Source of the DNA: Planctomycetota bacterium
Lineage (GTDB): Bacteria; Planctomycetota; Phycisphaerae; Phycisphaerales; UBA1924
Direction: 5' to 3'
Assembly (NCBI GenBank): GCA_020831805.1
Contig: JAFIFX010000011.1
Span: forward strand, 4,648-68,647
Length of the DNA stretch: 64,000 nt
Shown: positions 1 through 8,033 of the stretch, piece after piece
How positions within the stretch are numbered: the stretch's first letter is position 1
How the letters are laid out: every line of letters starts with the position of its first letter
The notes under the pieces: generated by a model
What the model was told of the DNA's origin: nothing
What the model saw: the letters and a program-made list of their open reading frames with translations, nothing else
Databases searched by the model: none
Program-made: the position numbers and the translations under genes

Positions 1-24
1 CCCAGGCATGCAGAAGGAGGTCCC

Positions 25-1491
25 TTGCGAGCGACGCGATCCCAACTCCGGTTCCTCGGGTGGACCCTCGCTGCCGGTCTCGCCGCCGCCCTCGCCGCCC
101 CGGCGCACGCCAGCCAGCCCGACCCCGACGCGTCGCCCGCCCCCCCCGCCCGCCAGGCCGGCCCCGGAGGCGACGACCTCACCGCCGCCCAGTCCAGGCT
201 CGACATCCAGCCCGTCGCCGCGGACGATCAGATCCGCGAACGCCTCCAGAGCGTCATCGACGCCACCGGCTGGTTCACGGAACCGTTCGTCCGCGTCGAG
301 GACGGCGTCGTCTTCCTCAGCGGACGCGCGGATACGGAGGAGCTCAAACGCTGGGCGGGCGATCTGGCCCGCAACACCGAGGGCGTCGCCGCCGTCGCCA
401 ACCGGATGGATATCGCCGTGCCCTCCCCGTGGGACTTCGGCGCCGCCACCAGCGGGGTCTCACGCCTGTGGCGCGATTTCGTCGCCTCCACGCCCTTCAT
501 CGTCCTCGGCCTGATCATACTCGCGCTCTCGGCCCTCTCGGGCTTGCTCGTCACCCGCGCCTTGCGCGTCTTCCTCGCCAAACGGATCCGCGCCCGGCTG
601 CTCAAGGGCCTGCTCGCCCGGGCCGCCGGCGTGATTGTCTTCCTGGTCGGCGCGTATGTCGTCCTCCGCGTCGCCGGACTGACGCAACTGGCCCTGACCA
701 TCGTCGGCGGCACCGGCCTGATCGGGCTCGCCGTCGGCATCGCCTTCCGCGACATCACCGAGAACTACCTGGCCAGCATCTTCCTCAGCATCCAACGCCC
801 CTTCGAGACCGGCGACCTCGTCGAGATCGTCGGCGTCACCGGCTTTGTCCAACAGCTCAATGTCCGCACCACCGTACTCATGTCACTCGACGGCAATCTT
901 GTGCAGATCCCCAACTCCGCCGTCTACAAGAACATCATCATCAACTTCACCGCCAACCCGAACCGCCAGGGGACCTTCACCGTCGGCATCGGCTACGACG
1001 ATTCCATCGAGCAAGCCCAGGAGATCGCCCGCGCCGTCCTGGCCAACCACCCCGCCGTGCTCAAAGACCCCGAGCCCTGGGTCCTCGTCGACAGCCTCGG
1101 CGCGTCCACAGTCAACCTCAGGATCTACTTCTGGTTCGACGGCCACACGCACAACATCCTCAAACTGCGCTCGGCCCTCATCCGACTCGTCAAGCACGCC
1201 TTCCAGAAGAACGGCATCTCCATGCCCGACGAGGCCCGCGAAATCATCTTCCCCGCCGGTGTCCCAGTCGCCATCACCGACCAGCGCGAGGGGCCGACCT
1301 CGCCGCCGCAACCCGAGCCCGCCCCGGTGCGTCCCCGACCTGCCGAGGATACCGATCCCTCCGCGACGCCCGCGGAAGCCGGCCTCACCAGTGATGCCGG
1401 GGTCATCGAAGAGCAGGCTCGCCAGGTCAAGCCGCTGGATCACACCGAGAACCTGCTCAAACCCAAGCGCGACGGCCCGCCCGAAACCTGA
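25..1491 (+). CDS. MscS-family mechanosensitive channel with N-terminal signal peptide and BON domain
   Basis: 488-aa ORF with a TTG start and AGGAGG just upstream. BON-like segment (IRERLQSVIDATGWF..VEDGVVFLSGRADT..AVANRMD). TM helices are followed by an MscS beta-domain-like stretch (GDLVEIVGVTGFVQQLNVRTTVLMSLDGNLVQIPNSAVY). Confidence 0.8.
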   Translation: MRATRSQLRFLGWTLAAGLAAALAAPAHASQPDPDASPAPPARQAGPGGDDLTAAQSRLDIQPVAADDQIRERLQSVIDATGWFTEPFVRVEDGVVFLSGRADTEELKRWAGDLARNTEGVAAVANRMDIAVPSPWDFGAATSGVSRLWRDFVASTPFIVLGLIILALSALSGLLVTRALRVFLAKRIRARLLKGLLARAAGVIVFLVGAYVVLRVAGLTQLALTIVGGTGLIGLAVGIAFRDITENYLASIFLSIQRPFETGDLVEIVGVTGFVQQLNVRTTVLMSLDGNLVQIPNSAVYKNIIINFTANPNRQGTFTVGIGYDDSIEQAQEIARAVLANHPAVLKDPEPWVLVDSLGASTVNLRIYFWFDGHTHNILKLRSALIRLVKHAFQKNGISMPDEAREIIFPAGVPVAITDQREGPTSPPQPEPAPVRPRPAEDTDPSATPAEAGLTSDAGVIEEQARQVKPLDHTENLLKPKRDGPPET

Positions 1492-1688
1492 GCCTGGCCT
1501 TCAAACTCGGCCACCCACCGATCACCCACCGCGCACCACCGATTGGCTCGCCCCACGCAACGCCCCCGACCGGCGCTGGTGGGTGTCCCGGTCCGGCTTG
1601 GCAATCGCCAGCGCCTCCAGATGACGCTGCTCCGCCGCCCGCTGGCGCAGGTGGATATCGAAGGGCGTGGATGTGCGGGACAGCACGC

Positions 1689-3134
1689 TCACCCCCGCTC
1701 CAGCGGCATCGTCAAACAGTGCGGCCCGCCGTGCCCCGCCCACAACTCCCGCGCCTCGAAGGTCGAGACCCGGACGCCGTCGCGCTCCAGCGCTTCCTTC
1801 GTCCGCGGCGAGCCGGCGTACGCGATCACCTCTCCCGGCGCGGTCGCCACCACATTCGACGCCTGGCGTCGCTGCTCGCCCAGCGTCTCGGCCATGAACG
1901 CGCGGAACCCTTCCTGGCTGTCGTCCGGCTCCCGCCCGCCCGTGTAGGTGACCTTGTACCCCTTGGCCCGCACATAGTCGAGCAGCTTCATGTCCCCCAG
2001 GTCCTCCCGCTCGCCGCTGCCCGCGCGGAACAGGCTGACCTTCCCCAGCTCCTTGAGGAACCCGAGCGCCTTCTCCGCGTCCTCCGCTTCGATCGCCAGT
2101 TGCGACCGCGCCCCGCGGATGTACCGGCTCAGCGGGTCGTTCCCCGCGTGCTCGGCCTCCAGCAGCCACGGCACCGCGAGCGCGTGCTGGTGGTTGACAT
2201 GCGTGAAAAAAGTATCCAGATGCAGGAACAGCACGCGCAGATCAATCACCGCCGGCCCGATCCCGCTGGGAACCCGACGCAGGAAGTCCGCCTTGTTGAT
2301 CCGGACCGCCAGCACATCCATCTCAAGCCGGCGCGCCAGCATCGGCGCCGCCCGGGGGTCGCTGCGCTGGCCGTAGCCGAGGAACAGCGTGTTCTCGTCC
2401 ACCATCTGCGCGTCGCCGCCCTCGAGGATCACCCCCTCCGCCACCGCGTCGAACACCACCGGAAAATCCGCCAGCAGCGGCGAGTGCATCAGCGCGAACC
2501 GCAGCGTCATGTTCTCCCGCAGCCGTCGGTGCGACCGCGCGTTGCACACCACCAACCCCTTGGGCGTCATGAAACTCGCATCACGCGTCCAGGTGGTGCT
2601 GCCCGTGTCATCGAACAGGTGCAGGTACGCACCGTCCTGATCCAGCAGGTACTGCCGGTCCCGGTCCCGCCCGAGCAGCGTCGCCGCCGTCACGGTGTCC
2701 GCCTCGCCCGACAGGCGCGGGTGGGCCGCCGACAGCCATGTCCGCCAGAACCCGCGCCGTCGGGCCTCCTCCACGGCCCCGGCCAGCGCATCGGCCAGCT
2801 CGACCGGCTCGGCGCCCGCCCGACGCAACAGCCCCAGCAACTCGGCGTGCTGTCGCACCCGCGCCCCGGGCTCCGAATCCAGGTGCGGGATCAACCCCGA
2901 CGAGGTCCGGTCCACCGCGTACTCGTCCTCGGTCAGCGAATGCACCAGCACCCGCCCCAGCCGCCCGATGTCGTCCCGCACGAACGGCTCACCGCCCCGG
3001 GAAAGCCCCGTCCCATCGGCGTACGCGCCGAGCGCCTTCGCATCAAGCATCCAGGCCGACACGGCCATGCCGGCGCCAAGCTTCAACGCCGTCCGCCGGT
3101 CCACGCCCACGCCCTGCGATATGTCGTTGTTCAT
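1689..3134 (-). CDS. Arginine deiminase / amidinotransferase-superfamily enzyme with twin-arginine (Tat) signal peptide
   Basis: 481-aa ORF. N-terminus DRRTALKLGAGMAVSAWML matches a Tat motif. Internal FLHLDTFF and C-terminal GGPHCLTMPLERG match the arginine deiminase HLDT and catalytic Cys signatures. Confidence 0.7.
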   Translation of the reverse strand: MNNDISQGVGVDRRTALKLGAGMAVSAWMLDAKALGAYADGTGLSRGGEPFVRDDIGRLGRVLVHSLTEDEYAVDRTSSGLIPHLDSEPGARVRQHAELLGLLRRAGAEPVELADALAGAVEEARRRGFWRTWLSAAHPRLSGEADTVTAATLLGRDRDRQYLLDQDGAYLHLFDDTGSTTWTRDASFMTPKGLVVCNARSHRRLRENMTLRFALMHSPLLADFPVVFDAVAEGVILEGGDAQMVDENTLFLGYGQRSDPRAAPMLARRLEMDVLAVRINKADFLRRVPSGIGPAVIDLRVLFLHLDTFFTHVNHQHALAVPWLLEAEHAGNDPLSRYIRGARSQLAIEAEDAEKALGFLKELGKVSLFRAGSGEREDLGDMKLLDYVRAKGYKVTYTGGREPDDSQEGFRAFMAETLGEQRRQASNVVATAPGEVIAYAGSPRTKEALERDGVRVSTFEARELWAGHGGPHCLTMPLERG

Positions 3135-3189
3135 GCCGCCAGACTATCACACCGGCCCGGGGCCCACAACACCCTGGGCGAACCGGCCC

Positions 3190-5919
3190 TCACTCCATCC
3201 CCCGCAACGCCTCCAGGCGGCGCTCGTGGATGGCCCGGTCCGGCTCGATGATCGTCAGGGCCTTGAGATGCCGCTCTGCCGCCGCACGATCGCCGGCGAG
3301 CAGGGCCATCCGCGCCGCCTGCTCGCGCTGGTTCGCGTCGAACGGCGCGATGATCGTCGCCCGCTCGGCCTTAGCCCTCGCCTTCTCGTGCTCGCCGAGC
3401 TTGGCGTAGATCTCCGAAAGCTCCGCCGCGTACGCCGGCGAGTTGATCTCCCGCACATCCAGGAACTCCAGGTGCTCGACCGCCCGGGCCCGCTCTTCGA
3501 ACGAGTCCGCGGCGAGGTAGTGCCGCGTCAGACGACGGTGCGGCGCATCGTCCGACGGGCGGACCGCCATCAGCCGGCGCAGCAGCGCGATCTGGTCGTC
3601 GTCCAGCCGCTCGCCCGCCCCCGCCAGCGCCAGGCCCACCCGCACCTCGAGCAACTGCGGGTGCTCCGGATGGGCTTCGAGCAACTCCTCGATGACGCCC
3701 GGATCGGGCATCCCCCCCTCGCCCCCCCCGGCCCGCGCCTCCTCGCCGAGCGCCTCGCGCAGCAGCTCGCTCAAACCGGCAGCGCCCTCGGGCAGCGCGA
3801 GCCCTTCCGCGATCAGCTGCTCCCGCGCCCAGGCGTGGAACGATTCGAGGAACGACCCCGGCGTCATGCCCAGCGCCTCCTCGAACGCCTCCGGCCCGGT
3901 CCGCCCGGCCGCCGAGAGGTCCATGATCGCCCGCGGCGCCTCCGCACCCCAGCGGTCGATCAGAAACTCGAACATCCACGCCCCCTGCGCGTACGCCAGC
4001 CCCCGATCGCCGGGGTTGCGCGGACGCACGAACGCGATGTTGATCTCTTCGAGGTCGAACAGCCCGCCCGACGCGTGCGCCGACGCGAGCTGACGCCAGG
4101 TGCGGAAGTCCCGCGGCGCGTCCTCGTTGAACACCGCGTTGGCCTCGGTCAGCCAGTGCATGATCCGGTTCTGCGTGCGCGACAGGTTCACCGTGTGCGT
4201 GTACTCGTGCCGCATCACCCGTTCCCAGTCGAACGGGCCGACCGTGAACCGCGGCCCGATCTGCGGCGATTCGATCGCGATCACCGGCCCGGTCGACGCC
4301 GCCATCGTATGGATCGACGGCATGCCCCCGACGCGCACCGCGAACCACTCGTGGTTGGGCATCAGCTCCACGATCGTCTTGCGCTCGGGCACATGGTCCG
4401 ACCCCCCCGGCCCGTCCGAGCACACCCGCTCGACCATCGCCTCCAGCGCGACCGCCATCTCCGGCGCCAGCGCCGCGTCGATGCCGTCCTTGTACCGCAC
4501 GATGAAGTGGGGGGTCTCGATCGTCTGATAGGTCAACAGCTCGCGCACCAGCGTCAGCGAGTTCTGCGCCCGCACATCAAACGGGTCGAGCGACAACGCC
4601 CGCTCCAGCTCGCCCAGCGCGGCCCGGTCCTCCCCCGCCTGCACCAGCATCAGCCCGCGCTCCAGCCGCGGGTGCGACCAGAACGGCGCCCGCTCGATCG
4701 CCCGGCGCAAAAACCCATCGGCCAGCTCGTACTGCCGCGCCTCGGCCAGCGTCCGCCCGACCCACATCAGCCCCTGCGCCGAGCCCGGCGAGAGCGCCTC
4801 GAAATCCTCCAGCAGCCGCTCCGTCCCGGTCACGCGGTACCCCGCCGCCGTCGCCGCCGCCTCGATCGCGCGCAGCTCGCGGTGCTCGGGCATCCGCGCC
4901 AGCGCCGGATCGACCGCGCCCTCCGCGCCCAGCGGGTCCCGCCGGCGCAGCGCCCCCCGCGCCCGGATCGCCGCCGCGTCCGCCGTCACGCGCGGTTCCC
5001 CGCCCGCCGCGCCGAGCGCCGCCACCGACTCCATCCGGTCCGCCACCGCCCCCGCCGTGTCGAAGTCGAACCCGTCCACCGCGATCTCACCCACGATCCG
5101 CATCGCGGCGGCATTCCGCGGGTTCAGGCGCAACGACTCCCGGGCCGCGGCCATCGCCTCGCCCCGGTTGTGCCGGGCGTACAGCAACTCCGCCTCGACC
5201 GCCCGCGCCCGCCAGTCCAGCCGCCGCGCATCCCGCGCCCGCGTGATCCGATCCAACAACCCCCGGTTCACCGCCTCCGCGTCCCGCGAACCCAACGCCG
5301 ACGGACCGCGCAACCGCAGCAACGCCAGCCCCGCCCGCACCGATTCCGGCTCGTCTCCACTTCCCCGCGCCGCCCGCGTGTACGCCTCCGCGGCTTCGTC
5401 AAACCGCCCGAGCATCTCCAGCGCCGCCCCCCGCACCCGCTCCGCCCGCACGCCCGAAGCATCGCCGAGCAGTTCGAGCGCCCGCGCCGCCTCCCCCCGC
5501 ATGGCCGCCGCCTCGGCCCGTTCCAGTGCTTCCGCCGCGTCGTCCATCACCGCCGGGTGGTCCCACGCCCCCGCGATCACCGCCGCCCGCGCCGCCAGCA
5601 CCGGGTCGTCCAGGTCCGCCTCGGTCCACGCACCGTGCTCGATGCGCAGCGTCCGGCGCTCATCCTCAGAGAGAAAATCCGCCGTGATCCGCGCCCGCAC
5701 CGCCTCGGACATCTCCGACGGCGGCGCCTCGACCGGCTCCGCGTCCGGCCGATCCTCCGGCCCCACCTCCACGATCGGCTCCGACCCCACAAGCCGCGAC
5801 CGGAAGGGAGCGGCCGCATCGCGTTCAACCAACCCAGGTACGGAATCGGCGAACGCACACCCCTGCCCGTCGGACACCCCCGCCGCGAGCCCCGCGATCA
5901 GCACCAGGACGGAGAGCAT
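3190..5919 (-). CDS. Membrane-anchored TPR-repeat protein with HExxH metallopeptidase-like domain
   Basis: Start chosen at the internal ATG at 5919 (VMLSVLVLIAGLAAG anchor), which forms an ATGA overlap with the upstream gene stop. HEYTH motif (MRHEYTHTVNL). Multiple TPR-like A/L/R-rich repeats lie on both sides. Confidence 0.7.
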   Translation of the reverse strand: MLSVLVLIAGLAAGVSDGQGCAFADSVPGLVERDAAAPFRSRLVGSEPIVEVGPEDRPDAEPVEAPPSEMSEAVRARITADFLSEDERRTLRIEHGAWTEADLDDPVLAARAAVIAGAWDHPAVMDDAAEALERAEAAAMRGEAARALELLGDASGVRAERVRGAALEMLGRFDEAAEAYTRAARGSGDEPESVRAGLALLRLRGPSALGSRDAEAVNRGLLDRITRARDARRLDWRARAVEAELLYARHNRGEAMAAARESLRLNPRNAAAMRIVGEIAVDGFDFDTAGAVADRMESVAALGAAGGEPRVTADAAAIRARGALRRRDPLGAEGAVDPALARMPEHRELRAIEAAATAAGYRVTGTERLLEDFEALSPGSAQGLMWVGRTLAEARQYELADGFLRRAIERAPFWSHPRLERGLMLVQAGEDRAALGELERALSLDPFDVRAQNSLTLVRELLTYQTIETPHFIVRYKDGIDAALAPEMAVALEAMVERVCSDGPGGSDHVPERKTIVELMPNHEWFAVRVGGMPSIHTMAASTGPVIAIESPQIGPRFTVGPFDWERVMRHEYTHTVNLSRTQNRIMHWLTEANAVFNEDAPRDFRTWRQLASAHASGGLFDLEEINIAFVRPRNPGDRGLAYAQGAWMFEFLIDRWGAEAPRAIMDLSAAGRTGPEAFEEALGMTPGSFLESFHAWAREQLIAEGLALPEGAAGLSELLREALGEEARAGGGEGGMPDPGVIEELLEAHPEHPQLLEVRVGLALAGAGERLDDDQIALLRRLMAVRPSDDAPHRRLTRHYLAADSFEERARAVEHLEFLDVREINSPAYAAELSEIYAKLGEHEKARAKAERATIIAPFDANQREQAARMALLAGDRAAAERHLKALTIIEPDRAIHERRLEALRGME

Positions 5920-6788
5920 CACTCCCGCCCCCGCCACGGCGAGATCTGCACCTGCCAGCCCGCCCCCGGGGCCGGCGCCTCCGTGTCGAACACCGCCCCC
6001 GCCACGGCCGCGTTGATCTCCACCCCGAACAACTCCGCGATCTGCAGGTCTCCCGTCCACGCCGTCTTGATGTACAGCCGCGGCAGCAGGTCATCCGGCG
6101 TGAACCAGATCCGCACCGACTCCCAGTCGTCCTGCCCCGGCGCCCCCTCCCGCGGCGTCAGCTTGAGCTGCACGCACCCCTCGACTAGCCGCGCCAGCCC
6201 CGCCAGGTCCTCGTGCTCGGCGTTGACCGTCAAACCGTCGGCCGCCGGCAGCACCGCGGCGTGGTAGTCCCGCAGCACCCGGTCCGCGTCGTCGCCCACC
6301 GACACCCAGAACGGCGCATCGCGCATCAGCTCCATCGGGTCCAGCACCCGCCCCGCGGGCACCATCTCCCGCTTGATGAACTGCTTCTCGTCCGGCAGCC
6401 GCTCGACCAGCCACCGCCCGTCGAAGATGTAGTGCTCGTTGACGGCCTCGACCCGCTGATCGAGCTGCAACTGCTCGAAACGCACGGCGTACATCCGCCG
6501 CGCCGGCCCCTCGCCCGCCGCGGGTTCGGTCCGCATCGCCAGCCGGCCCAGCCGACGCTGCATGTCCCCCTGCAGCACCTGGATCCCGGTCAGCCGCACC
6601 CGCCCGGTCAGCGTCTCGATCTCGCGGTCGCGTTGCCCGAGTGCCACCAGCAACGCCCGCCCGTCGGCGAACCGCTCGTGCGCCGCCCCGGCCCGCTCGG
6701 CCCCGGCATCCCCCGCGTCCGGCTCCGACGCGACCGCGCCCGCGAGCCCTGCCATCCCGACCACCAACGCCAGCAATCCATGCATCAT
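5919..6788 (-). CDS. Secreted hypothetical protein (possibly LolA-like fold)
   Basis: Start chosen at MMHGLLALVVGMAGLAGAVAS (signal peptide), with AAGGAG 6 nt upstream. The stop overlaps the downstream start. The fold assignment is only an impression. Confidence 0.5.
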   Translation of the reverse strand: MMHGLLALVVGMAGLAGAVASEPDAGDAGAERAGAAHERFADGRALLVALGQRDREIETLTGRVRLTGIQVLQGDMQRRLGRLAMRTEPAAGEGPARRMYAVRFEQLQLDQRVEAVNEHYIFDGRWLVERLPDEKQFIKREMVPAGRVLDPMELMRDAPFWVSVGDDADRVLRDYHAAVLPAADGLTVNAEHEDLAGLARLVEGCVQLKLTPREGAPGQDDWESVRIWFTPDDLLPRLYIKTAWTGDLQIAELFGVEINAAVAGAVFDTEAPAPGAGWQVQISPWRGRE

Positions 6789-6837
6789 CGCCCGCTCCTT
6801 GTCCCACCCCTGTCTACCGCCAACTTGCACCAACAGT

Positions 6838-7404
6838 TCAAAGGCTTTCTTTCTCCGTGCCCTCTGCGGTTCGCCCCAAACCCCGCTCCGCTTCCCGCTG
6901 CGTCCCCGGCGTCCGCTGCGGTGAATCACCGGACGCCGCATCGCCGACACCCTCAACAACCCCCAGGACTCCCTCCCCCTCCAGAAACGCCCGCAGGATC
7001 GCCGCCGCCGCGATCGCGTCCCGGCGCATCTTCTTCTGTTTATGCGTCAACCCGGACCGCGCCATCCGTTCATCGGCCGCCATGGTGGTCCGGCGTTCGT
7101 CCACCAGGGTCACCGGCCTCCCCAACGCACCCACGATCCGCCCGGCGAACCCCCGCACCGCCTTCGCCCGCGGGCCTTCCGTCCCGTCCATATTCAGCGG
7201 CAGGCCCACGACCACCTCCACGGGTTCACCGCCGACGATGGCCCGAACCTGACCCGCAATCCCCCGAAGCAGGGCTTCCCCCCCCTCCCGGCCAATCGGA
7301 ATCTCCACCAGCCCCGCCGGCGAAGCGACCCCCGTCAGCCGGTCCCCGACCGCGATCCCCGTCCGCACATCCCCGAGATCGATCGCCACAACCCGCACCC
7401 CCAA
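6838..7404 (-). CDS. ruvX: Holliday junction resolvase-like nuclease RuvX/YqgF
   Basis: N-terminus VRVVAIDLGDVRTGIAVGD plus DERRTT and the C-terminal helix are typical of the YqgF family. The start is TTG at 7404, or GTG 6 nt downstream. Confidence 0.85.
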   Translation of the reverse strand: MGVRVVAIDLGDVRTGIAVGDRLTGVASPAGLVEIPIGREGGEALLRGIAGQVRAIVGGEPVEVVVGLPLNMDGTEGPRAKAVRGFAGRIVGALGRPVTLVDERRTTMAADERMARSGLTHKQKKMRRDAIAAAAILRAFLEGEGVLGVVEGVGDAASGDSPQRTPGTQREAERGLGRTAEGTEKESL

Positions 7405-7511
7405 AGGTAGGTCGGCACTCCGTGCCGACTCCCCGTGCCACCGACACCGTCCTCGGGGTCGGTGCTCCCCTCCCCCTGCAAACCCGCCCGAACCCGATTA
7501 CCCTCTCCCCC

Positions 7512-8033
7512 ATGACCGCCCACACCTCCCCCAGCACCGCCGACGCCACCATCACCGAGCCCAAGCCCCTGGCCCCCGCCGGCCCCACGGTCCTGGTCAA
7601 ACGCCTCGACCCCAACGCGGTGCTGCCCAAAGCCCAGACCCACGGCTCGGCCGGCCTCGACCTGGCCGCCTGCCTTCCCCGCCACGGCCTGCGCGAGCAG
7701 GCCACCATCCTGCCCGGCGACATCATCAAGATCCCCCTCGGTTTCGCCGTCGCCATCCCCGACGGCTACGAGGGCCAGATCCGCCCCCGTTCCGGCCTGG
7801 CCACCAAGCATGGCGTCACCGTCCCCAACGCCCCCGGCACCGTCGATTCCGACTACCGGGGCGAGATGTTCGTCGCCCTGATCAACCTCGGCCGCGAACC
7901 CCACACCGTCCGCCACGCCGACCGCATCGCCCAGCTCGTCATCGCCCCCGTCACGCGGCCAGCCCTGGTCGAAACCGATGAACTCGACGAGACCGCCCGC
8001 GGCGCGGGCGGGTTCGGCTCGACGGGACGCTGA
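7512..8033 (+). CDS. dut: dUTP diphosphatase
   Basis: Motifs AQTHGSAGLDLAA, RSGLATKHGV, GTVDSDYRGE and the GFGSTGR C-terminus. The ATG at 7512 is preceded by TACCCT-N7. Confidence 0.9.
   Translation: MTAHTSPSTADATITEPKPLAPAGPTVLVKRLDPNAVLPKAQTHGSAGLDLAACLPRHGLREQATILPGDIIKIPLGFAVAIPDGYEGQIRPRSGLATKHGVTVPNAPGTVDSDYRGEMFVALINLGREPHTVRHADRIAQLVIAPVTRPALVETDELDETARGAGGFGSTGR

Noticed and set aside
2695-6267. Very long ORFs in alternative frames or on the opposite strand of real genes. Examples: 2695..6267 (1190 aa), 18274..21885 (1203 aa), 32717..37060 (1447 aa), 25698..28058, 23591..25480, 50024..52174 and 39946..41616.
   Set aside because: Their translations are R/P/G/A-rich low-complexity sequence with no motifs, and they overlap genes with clear family signatures. 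These are typical high-G+C shadow ORFs.
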